Shown: positions 1 through 9,206 of the stretch, in pieces
How positions within the stretch are numbered: position 1 is the first letter of the stretch
Layout: each line of letters begins with the position of its first letter
Source of the DNA: Deltaproteobacteria bacterium
Lineage (GTDB): Bacteria > JAMCPX01
Assembly (NCBI GenBank): GCA_023381995.1
Contig: JAMCVD010000112.1
Location: 1 to 54,138, forward strand
DNA: 54,138 bases
Reading direction: 5' to 3'
Position numbers and translations under genes: made by a program
The notes under the pieces: generated by a model
Told to the model about the DNA's origin: nothing
Databases searched by the model: none
The model's input: the letters and a program-made list of their open reading frames with translations, nothing else

Positions 1-111
1 ACATAATCGCACACATCCATCACCGGTCTTCTTACGCCGCTGCCCTCGCTACCAACAATAAGGACGACCCCAGCCCTCGCGTCCACGTCGCTGAACCGAT
101 CCTTCCCGTCC
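1..111. repeat. Exact inverted duplicate of 1681-1791 (inside rlmB); probable assembly or read chimera at the contig start
   Basis: The reverse complement of 1681-1791 (ggacgggaaggatcgg...tgcgattatgt) matches 1-111 base for base. The match stops at 112, where S8-like coding sequence begins. Confidence 0.9.
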
Positions 112-1149
112 GGCGCATGGATCACCGTGGACACGTTCACGGACACCGCCGGCTGGCAGGACAGGAGCTATGAGCTGCTGTCCTATTTTACCGATACCAG
201 CGCGGACAATCTGAGCGGGTTCGGGCTGAGGTTCACCCTGTCGTCGTCCTCGCCTGCGGACTATGCGATGATAGACGACGTCTCGATCAGCACCGTCACC
301 GACGGCTGGGGCTCGCAGTCATTCTGGGGAGTAACGGCCACGTCGATCGAGGACCAGCGCTATATGTTTCTCGGGGGGACGAGTATGGCGACGCCGGTCG
401 CTGCGGGCAGTGCGGCCATCGTAAGGCAGTGGCTTGCGTCGCAGGGAATTACCGACCCGTCCGCGGCATTGATGAAGGCCGTGCTGATCAATACGGCCCA
501 TGATATGTACCCGGGACAGTACGGCACCGGCAGATATCTCGAGGTGCCCCGGAGACCCAACGGCGTCGAGGGCTGGGGCAGGGTGGACCTGAGCAGGCTG
601 CTGGTGCCTTCAGGCGACTGGCGTATACACACCTTCGACTACCCGGTCGGCAGCGGCATGACGACGACAGGACAGAGGGCCCTTGACTTCGAGGTGCTCG
701 ACCATGACCCGCTCGTGGCCACGCTGGTATGGACGGACTATCCGGCATCGCCCGGCGCAAGCACCGACATCGTCAACCAGCTCGAGATGTCGGTCGTAGG
801 ACCGGCAGGGAGGACGTACTATCCCAACGGGATGGACCGTCCGGACCTCGTAAACAATGTACAGCAGGTAGAGATACAGGACCCCGTAACGGGCATATAC
901 AGGCTGACCGTCAAGGGACACAATGTCCCGGAAGGCGCCCTGCCTGCGGGCGATCAGCCCTACGCGCTTGTCATATCTGGCGGCGTGCCCAGAAGGCCGG
1001 TGCAGGGCAGGCTTTTCCCGGACAGGGGGATTTCGTGCAGCATGTCGCACGGCACGTCCGGCATGGACGATGCGCTCGTGTTCTTATTATTGCCGGCACT
1101 TCTGGCCGGCATGGGACATCTGCTGTTCCGGAGGGACGATGGAGCATAG
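112..1149 (+). CDS. S8 (subtilisin-like) serine peptidase, 5'-truncated, with a C-terminal beta-domain and membrane anchor
   Basis: Catalytic Ser motif GGTSMATPVAAG, plus PSAALMKAVLIN, EGWGRVDL, LVWTDYP and NNVQQV. The Asp and His motifs are missing because of the truncation. The tail is Cys-containing, hydrophobic and ends in RR. Confidence 0.85.
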   Translation, partial: GAWITVDTFTDTAGWQDRSYELLSYFTDTSADNLSGFGLRFTLSSSSPADYAMIDDVSISTVTDGWGSQSFWGVTATSIEDQRYMFLGGTSMATPVAAGSAAIVRQWLASQGITDPSAALMKAVLINTAHDMYPGQYGTGRYLEVPRRPNGVEGWGRVDLSRLLVPSGDWRIHTFDYPVGSGMTTTGQRALDFEVLDHDPLVATLVWTDYPASPGASTDIVNQLEMSVVGPAGRTYYPNGMDRPDLVNNVQQVEIQDPVTGIYRLTVKGHNVPEGALPAGDQPYALVISGGVPRRPVQGRLFPDRGISCSMSHGTSGMDDALVFLLLPALLAGMGHLLFRRDDGA

Positions 1150-1885
1150 GTCCACGGACGTAATCTACGGCATCAATCCCGTAATTGAGGCGCTGACCGC
1201 ACGGAAGAGAAGGGCCCTCAGGCTCTATATATCCGGCTCGAGGAACGACAGGTACGAGGACGTGGTGCGACGCCTTGCCGGAGAGCTGGGCGTACCGGTC
1301 AGCACCGCTACAAGGCAGGAGCTTTTTGCGATCACCTCGACGAGCAGCCATCAGGGCATTGCAGGCGTGTTTGAGACTTACCCATACTCGGATATCCAGT
1401 CCATGCTCGATGCCGCATCGGAGCGCTGTGTACGGCCCTTTCTTATAGCACTCGACGAGGTACAGGACCCCCACAACACCGGTGCGATCGTACGGACGGC
1501 ATCGTGCCTCGGCCTTCACGGCGTGGTGCTGACAAAGAGACGCTCCGCGGGCATAACCCCGTCGGTCGTAAAGGCGTCGAGCGGTGCGACGGAGTTCGTC
1601 AGGATAGCGATGGTCTCCAACCTGCGCTCCGAGATAGACGCTTTGAAGGCAGGAGGTCTGACGGCGGTATCGCTCGATATGGACGGGAAGGATCGGTTCA
1701 GCGACGTGGACGCGAGGGCTGGGGTCGTCCTTATTGTTGGTAGCGAGGGCAGCGGCGTAAGAAGACCGGTGATGGATGTGTGCGATTATGTCGTTTCGAT
1801 ACCCATGTCCGGTCATCCGGCGTCCCTGAACGCATCGGTGTCCGCGGGCATCGCCATGTACGAGCTCGGACGTCTTCCGGGCTAA
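1139..1885 (+). CDS. rlmB: 23S rRNA Gm2251 2'-O-methyltransferase (TrmH/SpoU family)
   Basis: [38 protein letters not shown] and [10 protein letters not shown] motifs. The start is placed at ATG 1139 within ORF 923..1885. Confidence 0.9.
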   Translation: MEHRSTDVIYGINPVIEALTARKRRALRLYISGSRNDRYEDVVRRLAGELGVPVSTATRQELFAITSTSSHQGIAGVFETYPYSDIQSMLDAASERCVRPFLIALDEVQDPHNTGAIVRTASCLGLHGVVLTKRRSAGITPSVVKASSGATEFVRIAMVSNLRSEIDALKAGGLTAVSLDMDGKDRFSDVDARAGVVLIVGSEGSGVRRPVMDVCDYVVSIPMSGHPASLNASVSAGIAMYELGRLPG

Positions 1886-2751
1886 ACTATCTCGGTGCCC
1901 ACGCCCTCCGGCGTGAAGATCTCCAGCAGGATCGAATGGGGGATCCTTCCGTCGATGATATGGCATTTCTTTACGCCGTGCGCTATCGCCTCGAACGCGT
2001 ACGTCACTTTGGGTATCATGCCCCCTGTGATCACGCCGGAGCGTATGAGTCTGTCCACCTCGCCGGATTTTATGTCCGACAGCAGCCTGCCGCGGCTGTC
2101 AAGGACACCCTCCACGTCCGTCAGCAGGATGAGCTTCTCCGCCTTCAATGACGCTGCTATCTTCGCAGCGGCGATATCAGCATTCACATTGAACGCCTCC
2201 CCGTCGTCTCCGACGGCAACGGGAGCTATGACGGGTATGAAATGGTTGATCTCCAGCGTTCTGATGAGCTTGGTGTCCGTGTTTATTATGTCTCCGGTCC
2301 TGCCCATGTCCACGTCCGGGCTTGCACCGCTGTCTCCCTGCACCTCTATCTTTCTGGCGACCATGAGCTTGCCGTCCTTCCCGCTTATGCCCACGGCCTT
2401 TCCCCCGAGATGGTTTATCAGACCGACGATACCTTTGTTTATCTTACCGACGAGCACCATCTCCACGACGTCCATAGTTGTGCTGTCCGTTACCCGGAGA
2501 CCGTTCACGAACCTGCTCTCCTTGCCGAGCTGCTTCAGAAGGTCGTCTATCTGTGGGCCCCCGCCGTGGACTATGATGGGCTTGAGCCCTATGTACCAGA
2601 GCAGGATAATGTCCCGTGCGAAGTTCTCTTTCAGCTGCTCGTCGAGCATCGCATGCCCTCCCAGCTTGAACACGAAGGTCTTGCCGTAGAACTGCTTTAT
2701 GTACGGCAGGGCCTCTATCAGGACCGATGCTTTTTGGATGTATTTTTCCAT
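1882..2751 (-). CDS. argB: Acetylglutamate kinase
   Basis: [36 protein letters not shown] and GGMIPK motifs. Confidence 0.97.
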   Translation of the reverse strand: MEKYIQKASVLIEALPYIKQFYGKTFVFKLGGHAMLDEQLKENFARDIILLWYIGLKPIIVHGGGPQIDDLLKQLGKESRFVNGLRVTDSTTMDVVEMVLVGKINKGIVGLINHLGGKAVGISGKDGKLMVARKIEVQGDSGASPDVDMGRTGDIINTDTKLIRTLEINHFIPVIAPVAVGDDGEAFNVNADIAAAKIAASLKAEKLILLTDVEGVLDSRGRLLSDIKSGEVDRLIRSGVITGGMIPKVTYAFEAIAHGVKKCHIIDGRIPHSILLEIFTPEGVGTEIV

Positions 2752-2757
2752 GCTCTC

Positions 2758-4176
2758 CTATAGGATGTATTTGCTGAGGTCTTCGTTCTTGAGGATCGGG
2801 TTGAGCTTCTCTGCCACGTATTTCTCGTCTATGGCGATCCGGGTGCTCCTGTACTTCGCGGTATCGAACGAGATGTCCTCGAGGAGCCTCTCCATGACGG
2901 TGTGCAGCCTCCGTGCGCCGATGTTCTCGAGCCTGTCGTTGCTTACGCTCGCTATCTCCGCTATCTTCTCCACCGCGTCCTTCGTAAAGGAGAGCTCTAC
3001 GTTCTCCGTCTTCAGCAGCTCGATGTACTGCTTCGTCAATGCGTTGTCCGGCTCGGTGAGTATCTGTACGAAGTCCTCCTTTGTCAGGGGCTCGAGCTCC
3101 ACCCGTATGGGAAACCTGCCCTGCAGTTCAGGGATGAGGTCCGAGGGCTTGCTGACGTGGAAGGCGCCGGCGGCTATGAAGAGCATGTGATCGGTCCTCA
3201 CCATGCCGTACTTCGTCATGACCGTCGTGCCCTCGATCAGCGGGAGCAGGTCCCTCTGTACACCCTCCCTGGACACGTCCGGACCGTAACCTGAGTCCTT
3301 GCTCGCTATCTTGTCTATCTCGTCCACGAACACGATGCCGGACTCCTCCACCTTCTTTGTCGCTGCCTTGACGACCTTGTCCATGTCCACGAGCTTCTCG
3401 ATCTCCTGCTGGATGATGATCTCCCGTGCCTCGCTTACCTTTATCTTCTTCTTCTTCGTCTTCTTCGGAAGCATGGTTTCGAACATCTCCCTCAGATTGA
3501 ACTCCATCTCCTCGCTCCCCATGCCCGAGAATACCTCGATAACAGGCATCGGCATATACTGGATGTCCATCTCTATATACCTATTGTCGAACTTGCCGTC
3601 CCTCAGCATGATCCTGAACTTCTCCCGTGTACTCTTCGTGTCCTCGACGACCTCGAGCGCCCTGTGCTCTCCCTCCGGCTGCTTGATGTTCACGGGCCTT
3701 TTCTTTATCGGGAGTAGCAGGTCCAGGAGCCGCTCTTCCGTGAGCTCCTCGGCTTTGGGCAGGAGCTTGTCCTCCTCCTCTTCCCTGACCATCTTGACTG
3801 AAATCTCGACGATGTCCCGTATAATGGACTCCACGTCCCTTCCCACGTAACCAACCTCCGTGTACTTCGAGGCCTCCACCTTTATGAAGGGCGCCTGCGC
3901 AAGCCTCGCAAGCCTCCGTGCGATCTCCGTCTTGCCGATGCCGGTCGGCCCTATCATGATGATGTTCTTCGGCGCTATCTCGTCCCGTATCTCGGCCGGT
4001 ACGTGCTGTCTGCGCCACCTGTTCCTCAGGGCTATGGCGACCATTTTCTTTGCGTCTTTCTGTCCGACTATGTACCTGTCGAGCTCCCTGACTATGGCAA
4101 CGGGCATGAGCGTATCGCTCATCTCGATCTGTTCTGTCTTTTCGATCTGATCGGCGGCGTTCCTTGTTTTCCTCAT
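2758..4176 (-). CDS. hslU: ATP-dependent protease ATPase subunit HslU
   Basis: LRNRWRR, Walker [44 protein letters not shown] and [10 protein letters not shown]. The start could instead be the downstream MSDTL. Confidence 0.97.
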   Translation of the reverse strand: MRKTRNAADQIEKTEQIEMSDTLMPVAIVRELDRYIVGQKDAKKMVAIALRNRWRRQHVPAEIRDEIAPKNIIMIGPTGIGKTEIARRLARLAQAPFIKVEASKYTEVGYVGRDVESIIRDIVEISVKMVREEEEDKLLPKAEELTEERLLDLLLPIKKRPVNIKQPEGEHRALEVVEDTKSTREKFRIMLRDGKFDNRYIEMDIQYMPMPVIEVFSGMGSEEMEFNLREMFETMLPKKTKKKKIKVSEAREIIIQQEIEKLVDMDKVVKAATKKVEESGIVFVDEIDKIASKDSGYGPDVSREGVQRDLLPLIEGTTVMTKYGMVRTDHMLFIAAGAFHVSKPSDLIPELQGRFPIRVELEPLTKEDFVQILTEPDNALTKQYIELLKTENVELSFTKDAVEKIAEIASVSNDRLENIGARRLHTVMERLLEDISFDTAKYRSTRIAIDEKYVAEKLNPILKNEDLSKYIL

Positions 4177-4190
4177 CTTCTTTTACCCCT

Positions 4191-4718
4191 TTACAGTTCC
4201 TCGAGCGTAATAGTGCTGTTCGTATAGATGCATATATCAGCCGCTATCTTCATTGCGTTCTCTGCTATGGCCCTTGCGTCGAGATTGGAGAAGTTTACCA
4301 GCGCCTTCGCCGCCGCGAGCGCATAGCTGCCCCCGGAACCTATTGCGATGATACTCTCGTCCGGCTCGATGACGTCTCCGGTGCCGGACAGCAGGAGGGA
4401 CGATGATTTGTCCGCAGCGATGAGGAGTGCCTCGAGCCTCCGCAGGATCCTGTCGGTCCTCCAGTCCTTTGCAAGCTGGACCGCGGCCTTCATGAGGTTG
4501 CCCCTGAACTCCTCCAGCTTGGACTCGAACCTGTTGAACAGCGTGAACGCGTCTGCGGTGGAGCCAGCAAAGCCTACGAGCACCGTGTCGTTGTACAGCC
4601 TTCTTACCTTCTTTGCGGTGTGCTTCATGATCGTGTCGCCCATCGTTACCTGGCCGTCCCCTGCCATCACGACCTTGCCGTTGTGCCTCACCGCTATAAT
4701 TGTGGTCCCGTGAAACAT
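4191..4718 (-). CDS. hslV: ATP-dependent protease subunit HslV
   Basis: MFHG-TTI N-terminal Thr nucleophile, [16 protein letters not shown] and IGSGG. A GAGGAG RBS precedes ATG 4718. Confidence 0.97.
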   Translation of the reverse strand: MFHGTTIIAVRHNGKVVMAGDGQVTMGDTIMKHTAKKVRRLYNDTVLVGFAGSTADAFTLFNRFESKLEEFRGNLMKAAVQLAKDWRTDRILRRLEALLIAADKSSSLLLSGTGDVIEPDESIIAIGSGGSYALAAAKALVNFSNLDARAIAENAMKIAADICIYTNSTITLEEL

Positions 4719-4746
4719 GGTATCTCCTCTCATTGATATCTTACTC

Positions 4747-4775
4747 AATATATTGCAGCACGTATCCAATATCAA
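4747..4775 (-). promoter_or_regulatory. Putative sigma70 promoter for hslV-hslU-argB
   Basis: Minus strand TTGATA-N17-TATATT, about 30 nt upstream of the hslV start. Confidence 0.5.
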
Positions 4776-4906
4776 GGCTCATATTCCTACTTAGGGGTAA
4801 GCTTTTTCGCTATAAGAGAGTTTAAAGGTGATTACAAGCTATTTTTAAGCTTTTCCCACCAGCCGGATTGACAGTTGCCTTTGCTTTCTTCTCATTGTGC
4901 ATAAAA

Positions 4907-5479
4907 TTAACAATCTAAAACTGCTTGATAAAATTCTTTAAACTTCGGACAGCGGTGTTTTAGTGTGGCTATGTCCGCTGCTTTTGCAATTTCTCGTGCT
5001 ACAGCGTCCGTATAGCGAACATCGGCACGCGAAAGTATATCTTCAAGCTTTTCTTTAGGGCGAGCGATTTTCTCTATGGCTTCATTCACCCTTGGTACAG
5101 TCTTCCTTGAACGGGACTGCGTAACCTGAGAGATTGCCTTTTCATCGGCGAGAAGCCACGCTTCCAGTTCTTGAACGGCAAAGGCAAATTTAACTTCAAA
5201 GGGATAATTTCTGTTTGTAATTTTGGAGTTCATCTCACTTTCTAACTTTTTAGGATCTTTACCGTCTGCATCGCGAATTACCAAAGCTTTATCTACAGGG
5301 CCACCTCGTTTTGCATGTCGAAAATCTTCAAGATGAGCCGAAAAAAACTTCATTAAATTTGCCACACCGTTTGTTGGACGGGCGATTATGTCGACGTCGG
5401 GTGATAGGCATTTTTTTATGAGTTCCTCGAGCGCTGCCACGTCATAGACGCCTTCGACTACTATGCCGTAGGCCGTCAT
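4907..5479 (-). CDS. DUF4276-like TOPRIM-fold protein, partner of the ABC ATPase
   Basis: VVEGVYD (TOPRIM Glu), RDAD (DxD), ELEAWLLAD and C-terminal CPKF. It overlaps the ATPase stop by 4 nt (ATGA). Confidence 0.7.
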   Translation of the reverse strand: MTAYGIVVEGVYDVAALEELIKKCLSPDVDIIARPTNGVANLMKFFSAHLEDFRHAKRGGPVDKALVIRDADGKDPKKLESEMNSKITNRNYPFEVKFAFAVQELEAWLLADEKAISQVTQSRSRKTVPRVNEAIEKIARPKEKLEDILSRADVRYTDAVAREIAKAADIATLKHRCPKFKEFYQAVLDC

Positions 5480-6627
5480 TTATCATTACCAAGTGCGCCG
5501 GAATACAACAGATCCCCAAGCCCGAGCTCTTCACGCTCCAAGAGCTTCTTGAGATAAGTTTTTGAAGCAGGCCGTGTGCATTGTGTCGCCCCGTTGCGTT
5601 TTTCGATGACAACTATATCGTCAAGTTTGAATCTGTCTACCAGATAGGGAGAATGTGTCGTTATAATAATTTGCGGCGCCTGTGTACCCAGTTCTCTCTG
5701 TCTTTGACTTAATAGCTCCACAAAAACCTCGAATAGTCTCGGGTGCAGGTGGTTCTCCAGTTCCTCAAAACCAAGCAAAGACGCCCTGAGTTGGGCAGGG
5801 GCAAAAATCAGAGATAACAACGCCAGGAATAGAATCTCACCATCAGACATGTGGGGAAGAAGCACAGACCGTTTAAGATATTTCTCCCTTGTGATCATAT
5901 GCGTTGTACCCGTCTGAGTTGGCGGCGTTAAAATCTCTTCTATGTCCGGAAGCACATCACGAACAACCTGTTTTATCATGCTGAATTCTGTGGGATACGT
6001 TGTTTGTAATGTCATAAACCAGCTCGAGAAATTACTGCCGTCTTCAACCAGAAATGGCTGGGACGTAGCGCTGTTTGGCAGCTTCATGTCGATTGTCATA
6101 AAATTGTAGAAATTCCAGCTTTTAATATAATCTTTAAAGCTCATTCCTTCCCAGCCGGGCACAACAAATTGAAGTATCGATGCATTATTTCCCGGCAAGC
6201 CGAACGCATCCCGGCCGTCCTTATGCATGACCTTACCCTGACCATTTGTAATATCGATTAACGGGAAGGCCTTATCGCCTGTTTTGACCTTCAAATCTTC
6301 TCTTTCAACCGAGAACGTACCAGTTGCCGGGTTCCCATTTATGGAAAGCTCATATTCATATTCGTCCGGTGCAAGCTCTACGGTTACGCTAAATGAAATT
6401 GGACCGCTCTCTTCGCCTTTCCAGACGATTTCTGCAAATCCCCCTCTAATATTAAGGGCGCCATTTACACCATACGCAAGGTTACATATATTGGATAAGA
6501 ATTTAAAACAGTCGAGGAGGCTGCTTTTCCCGGACATGTTCGGACCTACCAACACATTCACCTTGTTCAGTTCCAGATCTACGTCTTTTAAACTTTTATA
6601 GTTTTTTATATGTATCTTTTTAATCAT
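5476..6627 (-). CDS. ABC-type ATPase (AAA_21/AAA_15-like; OLD/PARIS/AbiE-related)
   Basis: IKNYKSL, Walker A GPNMSGKS, signature MSDGE, Walker B FEELENHLHP and H-loop ITTHSP. Confidence 0.85.
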   Translation of the reverse strand: MIKKIHIKNYKSLKDVDLELNKVNVLVGPNMSGKSSLLDCFKFLSNICNLAYGVNGALNIRGGFAEIVWKGEESGPISFSVTVELAPDEYEYELSINGNPATGTFSVEREDLKVKTGDKAFPLIDITNGQGKVMHKDGRDAFGLPGNNASILQFVVPGWEGMSFKDYIKSWNFYNFMTIDMKLPNSATSQPFLVEDGSNFSSWFMTLQTTYPTEFSMIKQVVRDVLPDIEEILTPPTQTGTTHMITREKYLKRSVLLPHMSDGEILFLALLSLIFAPAQLRASLLGFEELENHLHPRLFEVFVELLSQRQRELGTQAPQIIITTHSPYLVDRFKLDDIVVIEKRNGATQCTRPASKTYLKKLLEREELGLGDLLYSGALGNDK

Positions 6628-6774
6628 GTTCTTGCCTCCCCATAACGTTCATTTTGTATCTTCTCCCATAGTTATCCGTCTGTCCAGTGACATGAGCTTT
6701 GTATCTTTATATTTCGGCATGTTTACTCCTTACAAATCGTATTGCAAAATTGAAATGGGGTGTTGGTGCTTTGT

Positions 6775-7716
6775 TCAATTCCACATTCCTAATATCGCGT
6801 GAGAGGCAGCTGCTGATTTTATTTCTCGGACACTTTTTTGTGCCAACCTAGTCAACCCGAAACCAGATAAATTCTTTTTAAATTTGGACCACGAGAAGAG
6901 TTTTGGTTTCTTCTCATCTTCGACAAAAATTAGCAACCGTTTCTGTTTACGATGCGGCAACCGATACTTAGCTATTCGAATAATACGAGCTGGCGGATAA
7001 GCTTTGCTTTTATATAGCTGAACTACTAAGTCACCTTTGCGTGCGAAGCTGCTAAAATGTGGGGCGCCTATCAATCTAAAAACACCGATTTCATGTTTAT
7101 GTGAATCTTTTACTTCTCTGAGCGCCTTTCGAGACTCTTGCTCAGATATGAGATTCTCTTGTTCGGAGAAGTCGGCATCGGATAATCCAATAATCCACAA
7201 CTTTGAGTATGTGGGATGGATTTTCTTTGTCTTTTGTTTGTGAAGATGTCCATATTCAAAGCGAGGAGGGTTATAAACTTGTTTGCATTGTTTGAGGTAC
7301 TCAGGAGTGATTATTTCGACTTGAATGGTTTTGACAAATTCACGAGCAGTTTTCAAAACGGCTGGATCATTGGTAGCAATACCAGCTTCAACAAGTGTCT
7401 CTTGCGAATGGTTGGACAGATTTGAGGAGCTAATGATTGCAGATCTATCAAAAATATAAACTTTGGCATGAAGATTCGCACAGTTGAAGACTTGTACTCC
7501 CGCTTTAAGGTACTTCCCAACCTCATAGGGATTCGTTTGACCTGCTTTTACTGCTTGAAAGCTCATATCGAGAACAAGGGTATCGCCCTTGCCAAGAGGA
7601 ATGAGTTTACTTGCTCCACTGCCCAAATATGCAACGGCAATATGTTTCCTCTTTGCTTTTTTAGCGAGGCTGCCGATTTGATACCAAAGCTCAGATTGCA
7701 AAAAAGTGGTTGTCAT
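6775..7716 (-). CDS. Phospholipase D-superfamily (single HKD) putative nuclease with an unknown basic C-terminal domain
   Basis: IAVAYL, LHAKVYIFD (HxKxxxxD), SSSNLS and a downstream EAG, as in Nuc/NgoFVII-type PLD nucleases. Confidence 0.7.
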   Translation of the reverse strand: MTTTFLQSELWYQIGSLAKKAKRKHIAVAYLGSGASKLIPLGKGDTLVLDMSFQAVKAGQTNPYEVGKYLKAGVQVFNCANLHAKVYIFDRSAIISSSNLSNHSQETLVEAGIATNDPAVLKTAREFVKTIQVEIITPEYLKQCKQVYNPPRFEYGHLHKQKTKKIHPTYSKLWIIGLSDADFSEQENLISEQESRKALREVKDSHKHEIGVFRLIGAPHFSSFARKGDLVVQLYKSKAYPPARIIRIAKYRLPHRKQKRLLIFVEDEKKPKLFSWSKFKKNLSGFGLTRLAQKSVREIKSAAASHAILGMWN

Positions 7717-7770
7717 ATTGTTATCATAATTTGAATGCTATTCTCAAATACTGCGAAGCCTGTTTCCACC

Positions 7771-8712
7771 TTAGCCTCCAATATTCTTATATGCTAAAAG
7801 TATGAACTTCTTTGATTGCTCAAAGTCTTCTTCTGTTTTAATTGCTAATTCAAAGTCACCGGTACCGTAATGACCGATATTCCTCATATCTCTGGAATTT
7901 GTTGGAGCGTCTTTTATAGTATCAGGATTGATTTTTAAGAATAGAATCACCTTGTTCTTTTTCACTTCTATGCAGACAAAATTCTGGGTAACCTTGTAAG
8001 CGACATAAAATTTCTTAGGAGTTTCTTTAATTGAATTATCAATTTCTAATATATAGCTTTGCAACAATAAAACTATCTCTTTCAGTTTTCCTTTAGCTCT
8101 TTGTAAATGTTTTTCGAACGTGTATGTTCCTGTTTTGCGTGTTACAGCAGCCTTCTTACCTGCTGCAATCATAACTGGGTTTTTGTTTTCATTATTGAAT
8201 GGTATTGCTTCAGTTACATATGATGATCTTCTAAAAACTTCATCTAAATAGAATGAACCATTTTCAAACAGTTTGTATTCCCATAGCTCTATATTTGCTC
8301 CCATCATTTGAACCGCGTGTAAATCATATTTTTTATAACCGGGTGCAATACAGATCACTCTAATATCGCCCCAATCAATTTCGGTTTTCTTCCTAAGAGT
8401 CTTGTCGACAGCCACTTGAAAGTCACCTTTGTGATCTTTGATCCATGATAGGTAGAACAAACTTTGATTGATAAGTTCAGACGACTCCACCACTTTATAC
8501 TCTATAAGAACAGGGTTGTTGTCTTCTGATAATGCCAGAGTATCGATTCTCCCTGCATGAATTGGTCCTGTAGAGAATTCTGAGGCGACAAATTTACAAT
8601 TGAAAATAACTCCTAAGTTTCTTTCAACAAGAGATTGCAGTTCCTTTTCATTTTTAAACTTGGTTCCTGTAATAAGAGACAGAGTTTCATTTTCTTTATA
8701 AAAAAGTGGCAT
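7771..8712 (-). CDS. PD-(D/E)XK (NucS-like) endonuclease domain fused to a DUF5655-like C-terminal domain
   Basis: EKELQ, GRIDTLAL, VLIEYK and QSLFY motifs. The C-terminal part has KFYVAYK..NFVC and RDMRNIGHYGTGDFE. Confidence 0.75.
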   Translation of the reverse strand: MPLFYKENETLSLITGTKFKNEKELQSLVERNLGVIFNCKFVASEFSTGPIHAGRIDTLALSEDNNPVLIEYKVVESSELINQSLFYLSWIKDHKGDFQVAVDKTLRKKTEIDWGDIRVICIAPGYKKYDLHAVQMMGANIELWEYKLFENGSFYLDEVFRRSSYVTEAIPFNNENKNPVMIAAGKKAAVTRKTGTYTFEKHLQRAKGKLKEIVLLLQSYILEIDNSIKETPKKFYVAYKVTQNFVCIEVKKNKVILFLKINPDTIKDAPTNSRDMRNIGHYGTGDFELAIKTEEDFEQSKKFILLAYKNIGG

Positions 8713-8876
8713 ATTTACTCCATTTTCCGGGTTGATAGGAGGGTAGCTGTTGACGCGGTATAAAAGAATCCCGGTTTCTTTCCAATCCTTTTATTAGATT
8801 CGGATACTTCATGAAGGAGGCGGTAATTCATATCACACAACCCTTGACCCCCACTTGATAGAGGAAAAATTGGGAA

Positions 8877-8903
8877 TGGATTCCTGTCTCCACAGGAATG
8901 ACG
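8877..8903. repeat. REP/dRS3-like short palindromic element
   Basis: TGG-ATTCCTGT-CTCC-ACAGGAAT-GACG, an 8-bp stem resembling the widespread GTCATTCCC-N-GGGAATCCA repeat (translates as VIPVETGIH). Confidence 0.55.
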
Positions 8904-9206
8904 GCAAAAAGAATGGAACGCACGCTTTTCACCCAACCCGGCGCCTTAGCACCCTGTGCCCGTGTAAGGGATGATACAGAAGTACAGGCAGGTTTGGGAA
9001 GTTGGTTGTCCATGAGAAATTTGTATAGCAGACCCGATCAGAAAGAGCAAGCTTGGGTGGGGATGAATCCAATTGCTCATCGGATTATTTCGCCGGACCA
9101 GAGTCTCTTCAGAAATATGTTCCACGGCAGTATTGGTCAGGCTTTGTTTTCTCTTATACATGCATTATTAAAGTTTCATTATAAAATAACATGTAATAAT
9201 TAAAAG

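Larger units (their letters stand above)
4780..9206. mobile_element. AT-rich genomic islet (putative defence island) between xerC and hslV
   Basis: GC is visibly lower than in the flanks. It holds four nuclease/ATPase-type genes and interrupts the commonly contiguous xerC-hslV-hslU order. No transposase or att repeat was seen, so boundaries are approximate. Confidence 0.65.

Noticed and set aside
8715-9203. Short ORFs 8715-8936, 8898-9203 and 8946-9161
   Set aside because: They overlap on both strands, have no motifs, and partly translate the palindromic repeat.
9160-9206. Possible dif site next to xerC
   Set aside because: The region is AT-rich but has no convincing match to the XerD arm TTATGTTAAAT or to 11-6-11 symmetry.
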